A stretch of DNA of 64,000 nt from Podospora anserina (taxonomy: Eukaryota). The notes beneath the pieces are model-generated. The model was not told the DNA's origin. It did no database searches and was given only the letters and a program-made list of their open reading frames with translations. Below, piece by piece: positions 51,429 to 64,000 of this stretch. Numbering within the stretch: the stretch's first letter is position 1; every line of letters begins with the position of its first letter. Location: positions 2,480,001-2,544,000 of the forward strand of contig CM030333.1 of NCBI GenBank assembly GCA_017654855.1. The letters are read 5' to 3'. The position numbers were made by a program, and so were the translations under genes.

Positions 51429-53760
51429 ATGGCCCCCGTAAGCTAGCCTCCCCCCGCCTCCAACTCTCTCGAGACAATGCAAGCAAGCTGTTCATGGCGT
51501 GCGTCTTTGGACATCTGCCTAACCACCACGCCGGCGCACCTTCACCACTACCACCACGAATCCGATGCACCCCCCTTTTTGTTACAATGGGCTATGGTCA
51601 CTGACATGATGGTGCCTTGCAGTCCAAAGCAGATGGCCAGGATGGAGTGCACAGCGGTATGCGCCAACCCCTCATCCCAACCACCACATTGGTGGTATAT
51701 CTCTAGTTGCTAACTGATGGGCTTACAGGCAAAATCTACTCGGTGTCTGGGTTAGTTCGAGCCGATACATCCCCCGATAACACATACCGAAAGATCCTCG
51801 ATGGCTAACATGCAGCCCCCAGCCCCGTCGTTGTCGCCGAGGACATGATTGGTGTTGCTATGTATGAGTTGGTATGGTTCTGGTTCGGTCCGATGGCATA
51901 AAAGACGCTCTGGCTAAGCTATGGAAACAGGTCAAAGTTGGTCACGATCAGCTCGTTGGTGAAGTCATTCGTATCAATGGCGACCAAGCGACCATCCAGG
52001 TGTACGAGGAAACAGGTACGATGCGGCTCTCCACCCTGCCCGGCGCAAGCTTGCCGAAGCTAACCTCGATTGTCTCACAGCCGGTGTCATGGTTGGCGAC
52101 CCCGTGCTTCGAACCGGCAAGCCCCTCTCCGTCGAACTCGGCCCCGGTCTCTTGAACAATATCTACGATGGTATCCAGCGCCCACTTGAAAAGATCTCGC
52201 AGGTCTCCCAGAGCATTTATATCCCCAGAGGCATTGCCGCTCCTGCCCTCGACCGCGAGAAGAAGTGGGAGTTTACCCCAACCAAGAAGGTCGGCGACCA
52301 CATCGCCGGTGGTGACGTATGGGGTACCGTTTACGAAAACTCGTTCATTACCGTCCACAAGATTCTCTTGCCTCCCAGGGCTCGCGGTACCATCACGAGG
52401 ATCGCCGAGAAGGGCAGCTACACAGTCGAGGAGAAGATCCTCGAGGTCGAGTTCGACGGCAAGAAGACTGAGTACCCCATGATGCAGACCTGGCCAGTAC
52501 GTGTGCCGCGCCCAACCACGGAGAAGCACTCTGCCAATCAGCCCTTCTTGGTCGGTCAGCGTGTGCTCGACGCTCTCTTCCCTTCGGTCCAGGGTGGTAC
52601 CGTCGCCATTCCCGGTGCTTTCGGCTGTGGCAAGACTGTCATTTCCCAGTCCGTCTCCAAGTTCTCCAACAGCGATGTCATTGTGTACGTCGGCTGTGGT
52701 GAGCGTGGTAACGAGATGGCCGAAGTCTTGAAGGATTTCCCATCGCTCAAGATTGAGGTCGATGGCCGCATGGAGCCTATCATGAAGCGCACAACTCTTA
52801 TTGCCAACACGTCCAACATGCCCGTCGCTGCCCGTGAAGCGTCCATCTACACCGGCATCACAGTGGCCGAGTACTTCAGAGATCAGGGCATGGACGTCGC
52901 CATGATGGCTGACTCGTCTTCCCGCTGGGCTGAGGCTCTGAGAGAAATTTCCGGCCGTCTCGGTGAAATGCCCGCTGATCAAGGTTTCCCCGCCTACCTC
53001 TCTGCCAAGTTGGCCTCGTTCTATGAACGTGCCGGAAAGGTCCAGGCGCTGGGCAGCCCCGACCGCGATGGCAGTGTCAGCATTGTCGGTGCCGTGTCAC
53101 CACCCGGTGGTGATTTCTCCGATCCTGTTACATCTGCCACGCTCGGTATCGTGCAGGTCTTCTGGGGTTTGGACAAGAAGCTTGCGCAGCGCAAGCATTT
53201 CCCTTCGATCAACACCTCGCTCAGTTACAGCAAGTACACCATGACGCTCGACAAGTGGTACGAGAAGGAGTACCCCGACTTCCCTCGCCTGCGCGACCGT
53301 ATCAAGCAGCTTCTTTCCGACAGTGAAGAGCTCGACCAGGTCGTCCAGCTGGTCGGCAAGTCTGCGCTGTCTGACCCTGACAAGATCACCTTGGATATGG
53401 CTACCCTCATCAAGGAGGATTTCCTCCAGCAGAACGGTTACTCCAAGTATGACCAGTTCTGCCCCATCTGGAAGACGGAGTGGATGATGAAGCTCATGAT
53501 GGGATTCCACGATGAGGCGCAAAAGGCGATCGCCTCTGGCCAGAGCTGGGCCAAGGTGCGCGATGCCACCCAGGACCTCCAGGGCGAGCTGCGCAGACTC
53601 AAGTTTGAGATTCCAGATGAGGGACAGGAGAAGATTTGCAAGAAGGTTAGTCCCTTTACTATCATCCCCTGGAAGAGAGAATCATGAACTGACAATGAAA
53701 TAGTACGAGGCGATACAACAAGCCATGCTTGACAAGTTTGCTTCCGTGATTGACGAGTAA
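51429..53760 (+). CDS. vma-1: V-ATPase catalytic subunit A; 7 exons 51429-51437, 51623-51656, 51729-51750, 51823-51871, 51931-52015, 52081-53645, 53704-53760; no intein
   Basis: [14 protein letters not shown] after splicing, P-loop GAFGCGKT, uninterrupted [36 protein letters not shown]; six introns with 5' micro-exons. Confidence 0.97.
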
Positions 53761-54722
53761 AAAAATGATGTATTGTTGACAGCAAGGGGCGTCACGGTTG
53801 TTGGCATATTCTAAGCGAACTCATTCTGGGTTCTTTTTGCAAAGCGCGGTCATCGTGACAGGTTGTTGCTGTTTGTAGGTACTACAATTGCGTTTGACAT
53901 GTGATGATTGTTGAAGGGTGGGGGAAAGGGGATGGGTGGTGGATTATTACCCTGGCTTTCATAGATTTCTCTGTTCTGTCAGTCTCTGTTCCTCTGTCCC
54001 TCTTTCTGACATACACATTCTTGGGGGTTCAATGGGGTAGATAGTGTATTGATTAGTTCTGCAAACACTTGATGCTTCGGTAATTCGGATCATGATGTTG
54101 TCATGTGAAGATTATTGATGAAGCAGAATAGTTTGAGACTTTTTTGTATTTCAACCGTCATTATATACCATACATCATATCCAGTTGGGATGGGTCGTTA
54201 TCGTTATAAACAAGCAACAAAAACATCAACAGCAGCAAGTGACTCTTTCTCACCCTCTCTCTCCTTCTCAAACCAGATAACAACCCGCCTGCCTGCCTAG
54301 CCATAGCCGTCCAGATAGAACCCCATACCAACCATCCATATAAGCCTTTGCCAACCAAATATTTCCAACAAACTTTGAGAAGCCAAACCAGCCAGCCAGC
54401 TAATAACCATCCGAACTAGAATCAAACCATGACCCAAATATATCTCCTCGATCAATGCGCCGCCAAAGAAGCGAAAACGTATAATATCCCAGCCCTCTCG
54501 CCACCTTTTTTTTCTCCACATCTCTCTGTTTGAAAGTATTCCAACACGTTCTCTTTTCCAACAAGATTTCCAACAAACCATTCAACTCCAACACAGACAC
54601 TGGGGTATCCCCCTCTTCCAACTCTTCTGATCCCTCCTCTTCTTTCTCAAATAGCTCCACAAGTCAACTCATCCCCCCCCCCCGGAAACGAGAAGGCAGC
54701 CAATAGAAGAGGGATGAACCCT

Positions 54723-56570
54723 CTAAATCCCCTTCTCCTTTCCCCCCTGCTGCCGCTGCTGCTCGGGCGGGCTCAAACTCCGTTCCCATTCCTTCATAAA
54801 CTCACTCCCCATCTTCTTGATATTGGACGGGGTGAGCTTGTTGAGTACAGGCGGGAGCAACTCCTCCAATTTCCCGGTGCCGTTGGGGGATGAGCCGTTC
54901 CTCTTGTTGTTGCCGCCGCTGTTCAGTCTCGATTTCGAGTTTTTGTTTTTCCTGCACACAAGATATCATCAGAACCTCTTCTTTTAAACGAAAAAAGAAA
55001 AAAGAAAAAGACATTAAGGTGTATATTTTGCCCGCTGGCTGGGCTGGGTATCTCTTCAAACAAAGGAAAAGAAAAAGAAAAAACCGTTGTTGAATAAATA
55101 GAAAACCCGGGTATCACATCAAACAAAAAAACGAAAAAAATGGGACTCATACAATGGCGTCTCTTCCTCCTCCTCTTCCTCCTCCCCTCCCCTCTTCGGC
55201 GAGGTCGGATCACTAGGCATAATATCCCCATTCACCGTCGTCCCGCTCCACCGCGGACTCGACACACCACCACCCGTCGGCGGGCTGCTATTCCAATTCG
55301 ACCAGTCATTATCATCCACCGAGTCGGCCGTCAGCGGCGTCCACGAGAACCTCTTTGTTGGTTTTGCCGCTTCCGTCTTTGATCTCCTGAGGGGGAGTGG
55401 TGGTGGTTTAAACTCCTCTTCCTGGGCAGTAGTAGGGATAGGGTTCATTGTCGCCAAATCATCAAACGCCGACGAAACCTTTGGTCGAGGATTGGGTGCG
55501 GGCCGGATGGTGTCTTGCTGATCGCTGCTGTCAAAAAGGAGCATCCTCTCCACTTTCGTCTGGCGCATGTTGCCCGTGTTGTCGCGGAGGTAGACGCCCT
55601 GTCCGGTGATGGGTTCGTCGCCTACCGTCGCTTGGCGGATGTCTTCCATGAAGGTCCAGATACCTGATTTGAGGTCCTGGGCAATCTGCTTAACGCTTGT
55701 AGGCTGGGGTGTAGTCCTCGGTGCCCAGGAGGCGCGTTTGGCGAGGTAGCTCGGAGTAACAGGAGCATAGTTATGAACACCATGTGGATCGTAGTCCAGT
55801 TTCAGATGGTTCGGCCCGTCTTCATGTATGGAGAAGCCCTCGCCCGGTTTTGTCGGTGATAGCAGCGAGAGTTTCCTCGCGTGACCACCAGTGAATACCC
55901 GTCGCCGGCTCTTTTCCGGTGTAGGTTGCTGTTGTTGGTGCTGCTGCCCCAGCAACGTCTTCCTCCTGTCCAGCTCAATGCTCCTCCGGATGGCAACCTC
56001 GTCGTGACAATCCGCCGGCGAGTTTAACGATCGCAACGCTTCGTGGTTTCGCCTGTTAGCTGGTCTCTTCTTGTATCCCTCGTGTAGAGTAAACTCCTCT
56101 TTTAACCTCGCCAGCTCGGCCTCGGCACGGTCCAGCTCTTCCCTCAGCTCCATTACTCGCCTCTCCTGCGCTGCTATCGCGGTGATGAAGTCGATTCCCT
56201 CCACCGGAGACATGATGGAGGAGGGGGTGTCTAATGGTGTTGGGGGAAAGGTCGCTGCGGTGGTGGATGCTGGGACGGGTCGGGAGGGGAAGGCACTTGG
56301 TGGTGCGATGGGTAGGGTCAGGGATAATCTGTTGGTGGTTCTGGAGGCTGAGGAGGTGGATCGTGAGGAGCGACCCTCGCTGAACCCACCAAAGGGGGAA
56401 CTGGGCGAGCTGAGAAGATCATCGGGGATTGTTCGAGGTCGTGTGTCATCTTGACTGCTTCCTCGGCTTCCAATTCCTCGATTGGCGACGTGCCGCCGTA
56501 GATTGTTTGGTGTTCCTTGTCCTGCCATTGTATCGTCCAGGCTTCTTCTAGGTGAAATCATCTGATCCAT
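54723..56570 (-). CDS. Conserved hypothetical coiled-coil protein (DUF4048-like); exons 56570-55153, 54951-54723
   Basis: FITAIAAQERRVMELREEL coiled coil, WTFMEDIRQATVGDE, DDNDWSNW, LTPSNIK..FMKEWERSL; intron GTATGA(55152)..CAG(54952) in frame. Start may be upstream (ATG at 56924). Confidence 0.7.
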
Positions 56571-58387
56571 GTAGTAAGGGTGCTGTTGGTTCTTTGGCGT
56601 GACGGGTGTTCTTGGGCGGGGTGGTTCGGTCTTCTGTGCTGGTGGTGGTGGTGGTGGTTGTTTGTTTTCAATGATAAGGGGGTCGGGGGCGATAAACGAG
56701 TGTTGTTGTGACGGCTTGCGCAAGGAGGAGAATTCAGGATCAAAGGCCGACCAAGCAGCTCTGCGGCGTCGAAGAAGGCGGTGGCGGGGAGCGGTGTAGC
56801 GAGTCGTTCTTCTGGCGACGACGACGGCCTTGTGAGCGTTCAGCAGGCGGCTGTCGCGTTGGTATAAAAGAGTGTAGGCGCAAGCCGAAACGAAGCAAGT
56901 TCGGAGGATGGGGATGGAGGTCATGGAAAAAAAAGAAGAGAGCAGCGCTTTCAGAAGGGGACGACAGTGGGTGGAAACCTCATCTCGCCCGATTCATGCG
57001 ACCCTTTTTTCTTATTGGTGAGCAGACCTTGACCGCCAACCAATGCTGGGGGGTCTCGTCCGGGGGTTGTATGGGTTCGTCGGTGCGACTGCACAGCCCG
57101 GTCCTAGCAGCTGTAACTGACAGGGCCCCGCTCCAGATCGTTTGTTCTGAAGCTCTCAAGAATAATGTATTCGAACGTTCGGTTGGAACACGGGGGCGGG
57201 TATGTGTGGTGTTGCGGTCTCTCTGTGTTGAACTCGGACAAGATATGGACGAGATATACCCGCCGGACGGATAGCAGCCGTGGTGGCACAAACTGTTGGG
57301 GTAGCCTGGCGGCTGCGATCGAATCCTCTCCCCCGTCGGACTTGATCGCTCACCTAAGCACTGGAGACTGTGGTCTGGCTCGTGGGGCCGACAGGGAATA
57401 AAAAGGTAAGGTTGACCGTTGGCCAGTGGAGGTGTTGCAAGTCGCAGGGAGATTCCAGGAGGTCGGAGAGGGGCTTCGATTATTTTAAGGATTCTCAAAA
57501 TTCATTTCGATTACCTGCATGCCGTGTTGCTCCGCAGTCTCTTCCAGTGCCACAACCGCACGCGAGGATCTGGACGATGACTGGATGGACCGATGGCGAA
57601 GACGAGGGACTTGTTGGCCAAGATGGACGAGGTGGTGTGAGTGGGAATTCGGGGAATCGAATGCAAGACATTCCGCGGCAACCAGACAACCTCACACCCT
57701 ACCCAGCACTACACACATCACGGGGAAAGGAGCATGAGATCCCAATGACCTTAACGAGATAAACAAAACATTCGAATGCTTCGAGAAGCAGAAACGCATG
57801 GATGAGGCGCCCGGGGTATCACCTATGGCCCGGATATTAAACGGGGATTCTATACCCAGCAATTGTTTGATATAAGCTGGGATGAAAACCTCACCAGCAA
57901 TGGCTTGGAAACCGTTGCATCGTATACAAAATAGAAATCACAAGCCTTCTCGAACAAGGCTGCAAACTCGGTTTCCAGGCGCTGCCAACTGGCTGCAAAT
58001 CTCAATTTCCCCTGCATTTGGAAAGTGGGACGCCCCGGATTTTGGGATCTGGAATTCTTGGAGGCAATGATGCACGGACCACTTGACAAAGAATCTCTGA
58101 TTGTACTCACGTGATCCCGCGTCCTCGACGCGCTTGCGCTTCTTAGAACGGTACAGCTTGGGCAAAGGGATGCAACCGTTGTTTCCTAATCAAAGCCATG
58201 GCAACGTCCCGGCGACGAGCAGCTTACGATTTCTTTTGCCATTGAGAGAAATCGTGGGCGAATTAATTTCTGGTTCTTTTTAATCAATTCACTAGGATCC
58301 AGAACCTGCGGATTTCCAGCAAGCCTTTCTCTTACGATCCGCCAGTTCGCCGCTGGGTATTGGCTGGGTTTAGGTGTGGCCAACAAC

Positions 58388-61300
58388 ATGCCATCCAAGA
58401 CACTGCGAGGAGCCGAGAAAAAGGCGCTGGAAGGGGAAAATGAGTCTCAGGACACTCTGGAGGTTTTTAACCGCTTGGTGCAAGGCTACGGTGTTGGCAT
58501 TGTAAGTTCTTGGTGGCGCTGAATAGGGGACCCCTCACCTTCTCTAGGCTTCCAGCATCTCAGGATTGGCTAACATCGAGACACTGTGTAGGCAAGCAGC
58601 TCACCTCCACCACCAGACCTCAGCACCACGCCGCCTCCAAGCAAGCCTGGTGTTCAGAAAGGTGCGTCAGTGCTTTTCTCTTTTTTTTTTTTTGTAATTT
58701 TCTGTGACGAATCCTGAGGACTGACGGATACACATGCACTTAGACGTTGGCCGCTTCAAAAAGCCACCATCCTTCAACGTGAGTATTTTTCGCACGGTTC
58801 CAAGGCCGTTGAATTTCCCCGCAAAGCAAACGTTCAACGCCCCTGTTTGTCCGTTCCATGGATTGCACTGACCAGCTTCACAGACGCGGGGGATGACGCG
58901 TGAAGGCAACAACAACTCACAATCTCGTCGTCAACATCGTTCCGGCGTGGAAAGGGCACCATCACAGGGGTCACAAACCCGCCAGGCTCCTGGCAGCGAT
59001 GGCCCAGACACTCAGTTAACAGACATCCCTGCCCCAAACCAGATCAACGTTGCGCGCCGAGACAAGATGGACTCGCAAAAGTCGACACAGTCCAACAATG
59101 GTCGAAGCTATGACCAGTACTGTCGTTCGCCATCTCCCAGCATGAGCACTCGGACTCGAGAACAAGCGATTGTGGAGGAAGAGAATGCAGGGACGGTGCA
59201 GTTTGATCTTGATAAAATTCCCCAGGAAACGCCCTATCATGGTTCCAATCTGCCACACGACTCGGGCTTCGTTGACTATGGCACAAGTCGTCTTCCCAAA
59301 CATGCATCTCACCAGCCCATCTTATCGTCGCCTCGCCCGCCAGAGACACCGGCTGCTCCACATAACCCGTTTCGACAAGGACTCTCTCAGCTACTTTCCC
59401 CGTCCCAAATGTTTCAGTCGACCCAGTTTTCATCGGCCGTCAAGGTGGCCAGCCCAACTTCCTCACGACCATCACCGGCAGAGTTCCCTCACCTAGGATC
59501 ACTTACCGGCCCAGCTCTGTCATCCCCACTTAAGGATCGGGGTCTTCGGTCGTCTTCTGTCCCGAACCCGCCATCAAGCCCACAGATTCTTTCAGGGAGA
59601 AAGTCATCCAACCTGGAAAATCGACCCAGCAGTCCCATTCCTAGCGCCTCGAATGGAAACAAAGCTGCTACTGAAGCGCCGCAATCTGAGTTGCTCCCAA
59701 GGCGAAGAGCAGCCCTGGAGCCAATGGCCGCTTATGAGCCTATTCACAAGTCCCAAGAAAGACGTGGCTCCTCGGAAGTGCGGTCAGACCCTCCTGTATT
59801 CAAAATGGACGATGATGATGACGAGGAGCTACTTCGACGTCGAAGGGCACAGAGCAAAAAGAATGCTGCGCTCAAGTCACTAACCGCCATCAGTGTACCG
59901 CGTTCAGCGAAGACGAAGATAGCAGAAATCGAAGTGCCATTGACGAGCAGTGAGAAACAAACGACAAAGGCGGAGGCATATCTTGCCCAGTGCCACGGCA
60001 CCGAGGCTCAAGATTCTTCACCGGATGAAGAGACCATCAAGGACTCCCAAGCTAAGAACTTGCCATCTGGACCGAAACAGCCCGATATTGTTGACGACGA
60101 TGCAACCCAGTCTGACAACGGGGATATGGCAGAGCCAGTGGTAGACTTGACGCCAGTAGCAGAGCCCGAACTTCCAGCAGTGCGTTCAAGGCGGTCAGCT
60201 CGTTCGGGCCATCCTGTTGAGCCCCCAGGTCTAGCTCCAGCTACATCCATTATTCCGGAAACGAGTCCTACACGAGTTAGAATGGAAGCCGGTGTGGTAG
60301 AGGAGCCAACCCATCAGCCGGCTGCCCCAGAACTGGAGCCGGCCTTGCCTCACTCGACCCCCCCGGCGCCCAATACAAGATCCAGAAGGGCAATTCCTGA
60401 GCCTCGTCACCCTTCAAGCTCAGACCTCACCTCCATCGCCTCAACCCCCAGTATCTACACAGACTCTACTAGAGCATCTGTGTCTGAGCGCTCGCCTCTC
60501 GAGGCTTCAATGGCTGGCAACTTCTCAGCGGTTTCTACGAGACTGAACCGGAGACAAGCCCGTGAGAGAGTTGCAAAGCCGAAAGGCTCAAGAGAGAGTC
60601 TGAGGCAATCTGTAAGGTTGCAGAGCAGGAGGGGCTCAGGTTCAACAGACGAGCTCGCTCTGCCCCTGCCGACAACGCCGGCTTTTGAGGATAGCTTGGG
60701 CGTCTCCCGTCTCAATATTGCTTCGGCATCTCGGTCTACTTTTCGAGCTGCCTGCGTGAGCATCAAATCGCCCTTCGGCCAGCCTACTTCGGGATTGTTC
60801 AGCAATATGGCTTTTGCCATTTCTTTTCAATCGAAGAAGCCAGGTGAAACCAATGATCAGTACAAGAAGCGCATGGACGATTCAACCACCCTTCAGAAGC
60901 GTATTGCGCAAGCTGGGGGCAGGGTGCTTCCAAATGGATTCGATGAGCTCTTTGAGGTTTCACCCGGGAGATCACTCACGTCGACCCCGGTCGCTAGTCC
61001 TGGGAAGGGCCAGACGTCGGCTGAGATCCAACTCACTCCTGCTGGGTATGCCACCGGATTTACGGCGTTGATTGCTGATGGGCACTCTCGCAAGGTGAAG
61101 TACATGCAGGCTTTGGCGTTGGGGCTGCCGTGTATTGCTCCGCGTTGGGTGACGATGTGTCTAGACAGGGGGGAGCTGGTGGACTGGTCGCCTTTTCTCT
61201 TGTGCGCTGGACAGTCGGCTTTTTTGGATAATGCCATCAGGTCGAGGAGTTTGGCTCCTTATGACGCCGCGACGGCTAGGTTGGCGGATGTGGTTGCCCA

Positions 61301-61706
61301 GCGCCCGAAGCTGCTGCAGGGGAGCAGGATGCTGGCCGTGGTGAAGAAGTCGGTCCAGTCGAAGAAGATGCCGTATGTGTTTCTGGCGCAGGTGCTGGGG
61401 GTTTCGTTGACGAGGGTGTATACTGTTGACGAGGCCAGGGTGGCGGTGAAGGCTGCGGAGGAGGCGGGGCAGGTGTTTGACTGGGTTTATGTTGATGGGA
61501 AGTCGGTCGAGCAGGCGCTGTTTTCGGCCCCTTGTTCGACGGGGCAGAAGAAGAAGAGGAAGAGGGGGTCGATGGCGGCGCCGGAGGTGGTGACGGGGGA
61601 TGGTGGTGAGCCGCCGTTGAAGAGGATTAGGACGCTGGATGATGAGTTGGTGATTCAGAGTTTGATTTTGGGGAGGTTGATTGAGGAGGGGGAAATGGAA
61701 CAGTGA
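58388..61706 (+). CDS. Rad9/Crb2-like DNA damage checkpoint BRCT protein; exons 58388-58501, 58592-58661, 58744-58778, 58884-61706
   Basis: Three canonical introns link MPSKTLR...ESQD to the 937-aa ORF; SQ/TQ-rich disordered part; C-terminal BRCT-type motifs GLFSNMAFAIS, ALIADGHSRKVKYMQALALGLPC, W, LDDELVIQSLILG. Confidence 0.75.
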
Positions 61707-62173
61707 GTGTGTGTGTGTTGGGGGGGGGGGGGATATCCAGTTTACTTTTGGTTTTTTTATTTGGTTTTTATCTGTCATGTATGATTAGCGGGTATGGCGA
61801 TGGGAGTTGGGGGGGATATGAGATATCACGCCTGTAGTTTTGTAGGAACGGGATGATGGGTATAGGACAAGAGAATTTATCAGATGGGGATTAGACGGAG
61901 AATGGAAGGGGGAGGGATGGATTTTATATAGCATAATGTGAGGATACAGCGTATAGTTTATAGCAGATCACTGCGTTTTGAACAGGGAGTTAGTCAAGAG
62001 GGGAAAATGAACGTCGTGAATTCATATTACAAAACTTTTACCCTACACTTTCCTTGCGATACAAATCCCAACCCATTGACAAAGGAAATAACTCCCCCTC
62101 CGCCGAAAAGTAAGTTAACGAACGTCTCTAGTTAGTCCAACCTGTCTCTCACTTTTTTTCTGCTATCCAGTCC

Positions 62174-62201
62174 TTTTTTTTTTTTTTTTTTTTTTTTTTT
62201 T
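62174..62201 (+). repeat. T28 homopolymer (A28 on the minus strand) just past the stop codon of the secreted-protein gene
   Basis: Read directly. Confidence 0.9.
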
Positions 62202-62210
62202 GCAGGTCAA

Positions 62211-63089
62211 TCAGTTACACGGAGCATCACACCTCCCGATATGATCCTTGTCGGGATTCAGACAAGTCCCTCCGCAACTGCAGAGCAGCTCGATCTTGTT
62301 GCCCGCGGTGTCGGTCAGGCTGCAGGAGCTGCCGCCGCCTGCGCCGGCGACGGGGGCTTGTCTCTTTTTGTTGTTGAAGCCGCGGGGGTGGAGCTTGTTG
62401 TTGTTGTTACCAAAACCGGAAAAGAGTGATCTGAAAAAGGAGGAATGGGAGGAGGAGCCGTCATCGGAGTTGGCGTAGGGGTTGGAGTTGGGGGAGATGT
62501 TGGAGGTGAGGGACAAGGTGGTGGTGGAGTTGTCGGGGGGGACGCAGACGTAGAGGGCTTGGATGGGGTCGGTTTTGGTCTTGCCGTCGAGGCAGTTTTC
62601 TTTGGAGGCGGAGCAGTAGGATTTTACTATGTCTGCTTCGGCGAAGCCTGGGAGATGGGGTGTTAGTGAGGGGGCAGGGACAGGGTGGAAAGTGGGCGGG
62701 GTGGATGAAGGAGTGAGAATGTTTAAAGAAGTCGAGGGGGAAATCGTGCGTCTTTGTTTTCCCTGACTGGGCTGACCTAGGTTTTGAGAGAAGGAAAGAG
62801 ACCTACCTTGATGATCCCTCAAGATATACCCACAATACGTAAACCCCTTCCCACAAACCGCCCCTTGACCAGTGGCGGCACCGCTGCCGCCGGAGGCCGC
62901 AGGAGCAGATGTAGGTGCCGAAGTAGAAGACCACACCGTTCCTGTCGCCGCCGGAGGCGCGGGGATGCTCGACCACGGCACCGTAACAGACGTCGTCGAA
63001 GTCGGCGAGGGCAAAGGAAGAGGAGTATTATCCTGTGCCCGAGACAAAGAAGCGAACAGCAGTAAGACGAGTGACAACATCTTGGTCAT
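62211..63089 (-). CDS. Secreted Cys-rich protein of unknown function; exons 63089-62807, 62647-62211
   Basis: Signal peptide MLSLVLLLFASLSRA, S/T/P-rich stalk, CGKGFTYCGYIL...ALYVC...LLCSCGGTC..C..C; intron GTAGGT..ACTAAC..CAG of 159 nt. Confidence 0.8.
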   Translation of the reverse strand: MTKMLSLVLLLFASLSRAQDNTPLPLPSPTSTTSVTVPWSSIPAPPAATGTVWSSTSAPTSAPAASGGSGAATGQGAVCGKGFTYCGYILRDHQGRSLSFSQNLGQPSQGKQRRTISPSTSLNILTPSSTPPTFHPVPAPSLTPHLPGFAEADIVKSYCSASKENCLDGKTKTDPIQALYVCVPPDNSTTTLSLTSNISPNSNPYANSDDGSSSHSSFFRSLFSGFGNNNNKLHPRGFNNKKRQAPVAGAGGGSSCSLTDTAGNKIELLCSCGGTCLNPDKDHIGRCDAPCN

Positions 63090-64000
63090 GGTGGCTGGCC
63101 TTGTTGAATGGGGTGATGACAGTAAAGATGAAAGAGACAGTGGGAGTGGTTCATGAACAGGCAGTATAAGAAAGAACCGAAAAAGAAAAATCGACAAGTC
63201 CTCGCGTGGTTTGAGGTGTTTATACTGGGTTTGTAACTCTTGATCAACTTGTCACCCGTAATCGATCTTGAAAAAGGTCGATGGCCTCTTCGATCTTGTA
63301 TCATCGTGCAGGCGTGTCTCCCCTCAACAGTCCAACATCGGCAAGCATATTTGCAAGTTGACCTTAACCCAACACTTCGCCACTATCAACCCCCCCTTTC
63401 CCCCAGCACATCTACTCGAATCCTCCGCATTGGGAGAGATGTAAAGTGTTATTACGTAGTATCCTGTCGCAGTATACCCTTGGCGTGCTCCCCCCTACGC
63501 AAGCAACCCCCCTCTCAACCACTGTGATAGCGTGATAGCAACATACCCCTCGGGAGCCCCGGTGAGAGTCTACAAAGTCCCCCCTGAGTGTACAAACATC
63601 AGCCTCGAGATTGATTCCGACAAATTCTTCTCGCAAAGGGTACCTGAGTCGGCCTTATCCGATCACTCACCTGAGAAGAACAATGATAACGGAGAATAAG
63701 TAAGACAAGGACTCGAGTGGTGTAACTTGGTAACAATACACACGGGGGATAGCATCTGAGCTGGACAAGTACCAATGAGGGGACCGAGTCAGGTAACCTG
63801 TCATAGACGTGCAGACAAGTTGGACAGGCAGGCCCGCGAGTCCAATCCGTCTCACCTGTAGCTCCGGTTTTGTGAGCTGTATCCCCCTTGGGCTGAGCTT
63901 GATGGAGTGATATGTGATGGCTCATCGGCACTCGGTGAAGGCAAGCCGTCTCGATATGTTGTTGTTTGGCACTTTGTCTGTTGGAACCTTGAATAACCGA

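Noticed and set aside
52680..52720. VMA1 intein (VDE) insertion site
   Set aside because: [10 protein letters not shown] is uninterrupted; no intein.

Overview
Eukaryotic, intron-containing DNA from a filamentous ascomycete (Sordariales; probably Podospora-like, an inference from gene set, intron signals and C-/G-skewed codon patches). It is a gene-dense core-genome region with 19 protein-coding genes whose exons I reconstructed by hand from GT/GC...CTRAC...YAG signals: ER glucosidase I, F-box Rcy1, a cholesterol-oxidase-like GMC/hydrolase fusion, NADP-glutamate dehydrogenase (am), a secreted ferritin-like protein, Ssd1/gul-1, Gle1, Tlg1 SNARE, cyclophilin B, Trm112, a Big1/Voa1(Ac45)-like protein, Rrp17, tropomyosin, securin, Set1, V-ATPase A (no intein), a DUF4048-like protein, a Rad9/Crb2-like BRCT protein and a secreted Cys-rich protein. 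I recognised no rRNA, tRNA, CRISPR or intact transposon, and I cannot support a wholly new multi-gene system. The most notable signals are: (i) up to three alternative C-termini for cyclophilin B (HVEL, membrane anchor, neither); (ii) a decayed inverted-repeat element sitting symmetrically in the tlg1/cypB divergent promoter; (iii) a far-upstream GATA cluster with two SreA-type ATCWGATAA motifs, plus CCAAT boxes, ahead of the GDH gene; (iv) an easily missed securin; (v) a probable GC-AG intron in gle1; (vi) a poly-Met uORF before glucosidase I; (vii) a Cys-nucleophile hydrolase fused to a GMC oxidase. All family assignments are by motif recognition, not database search.
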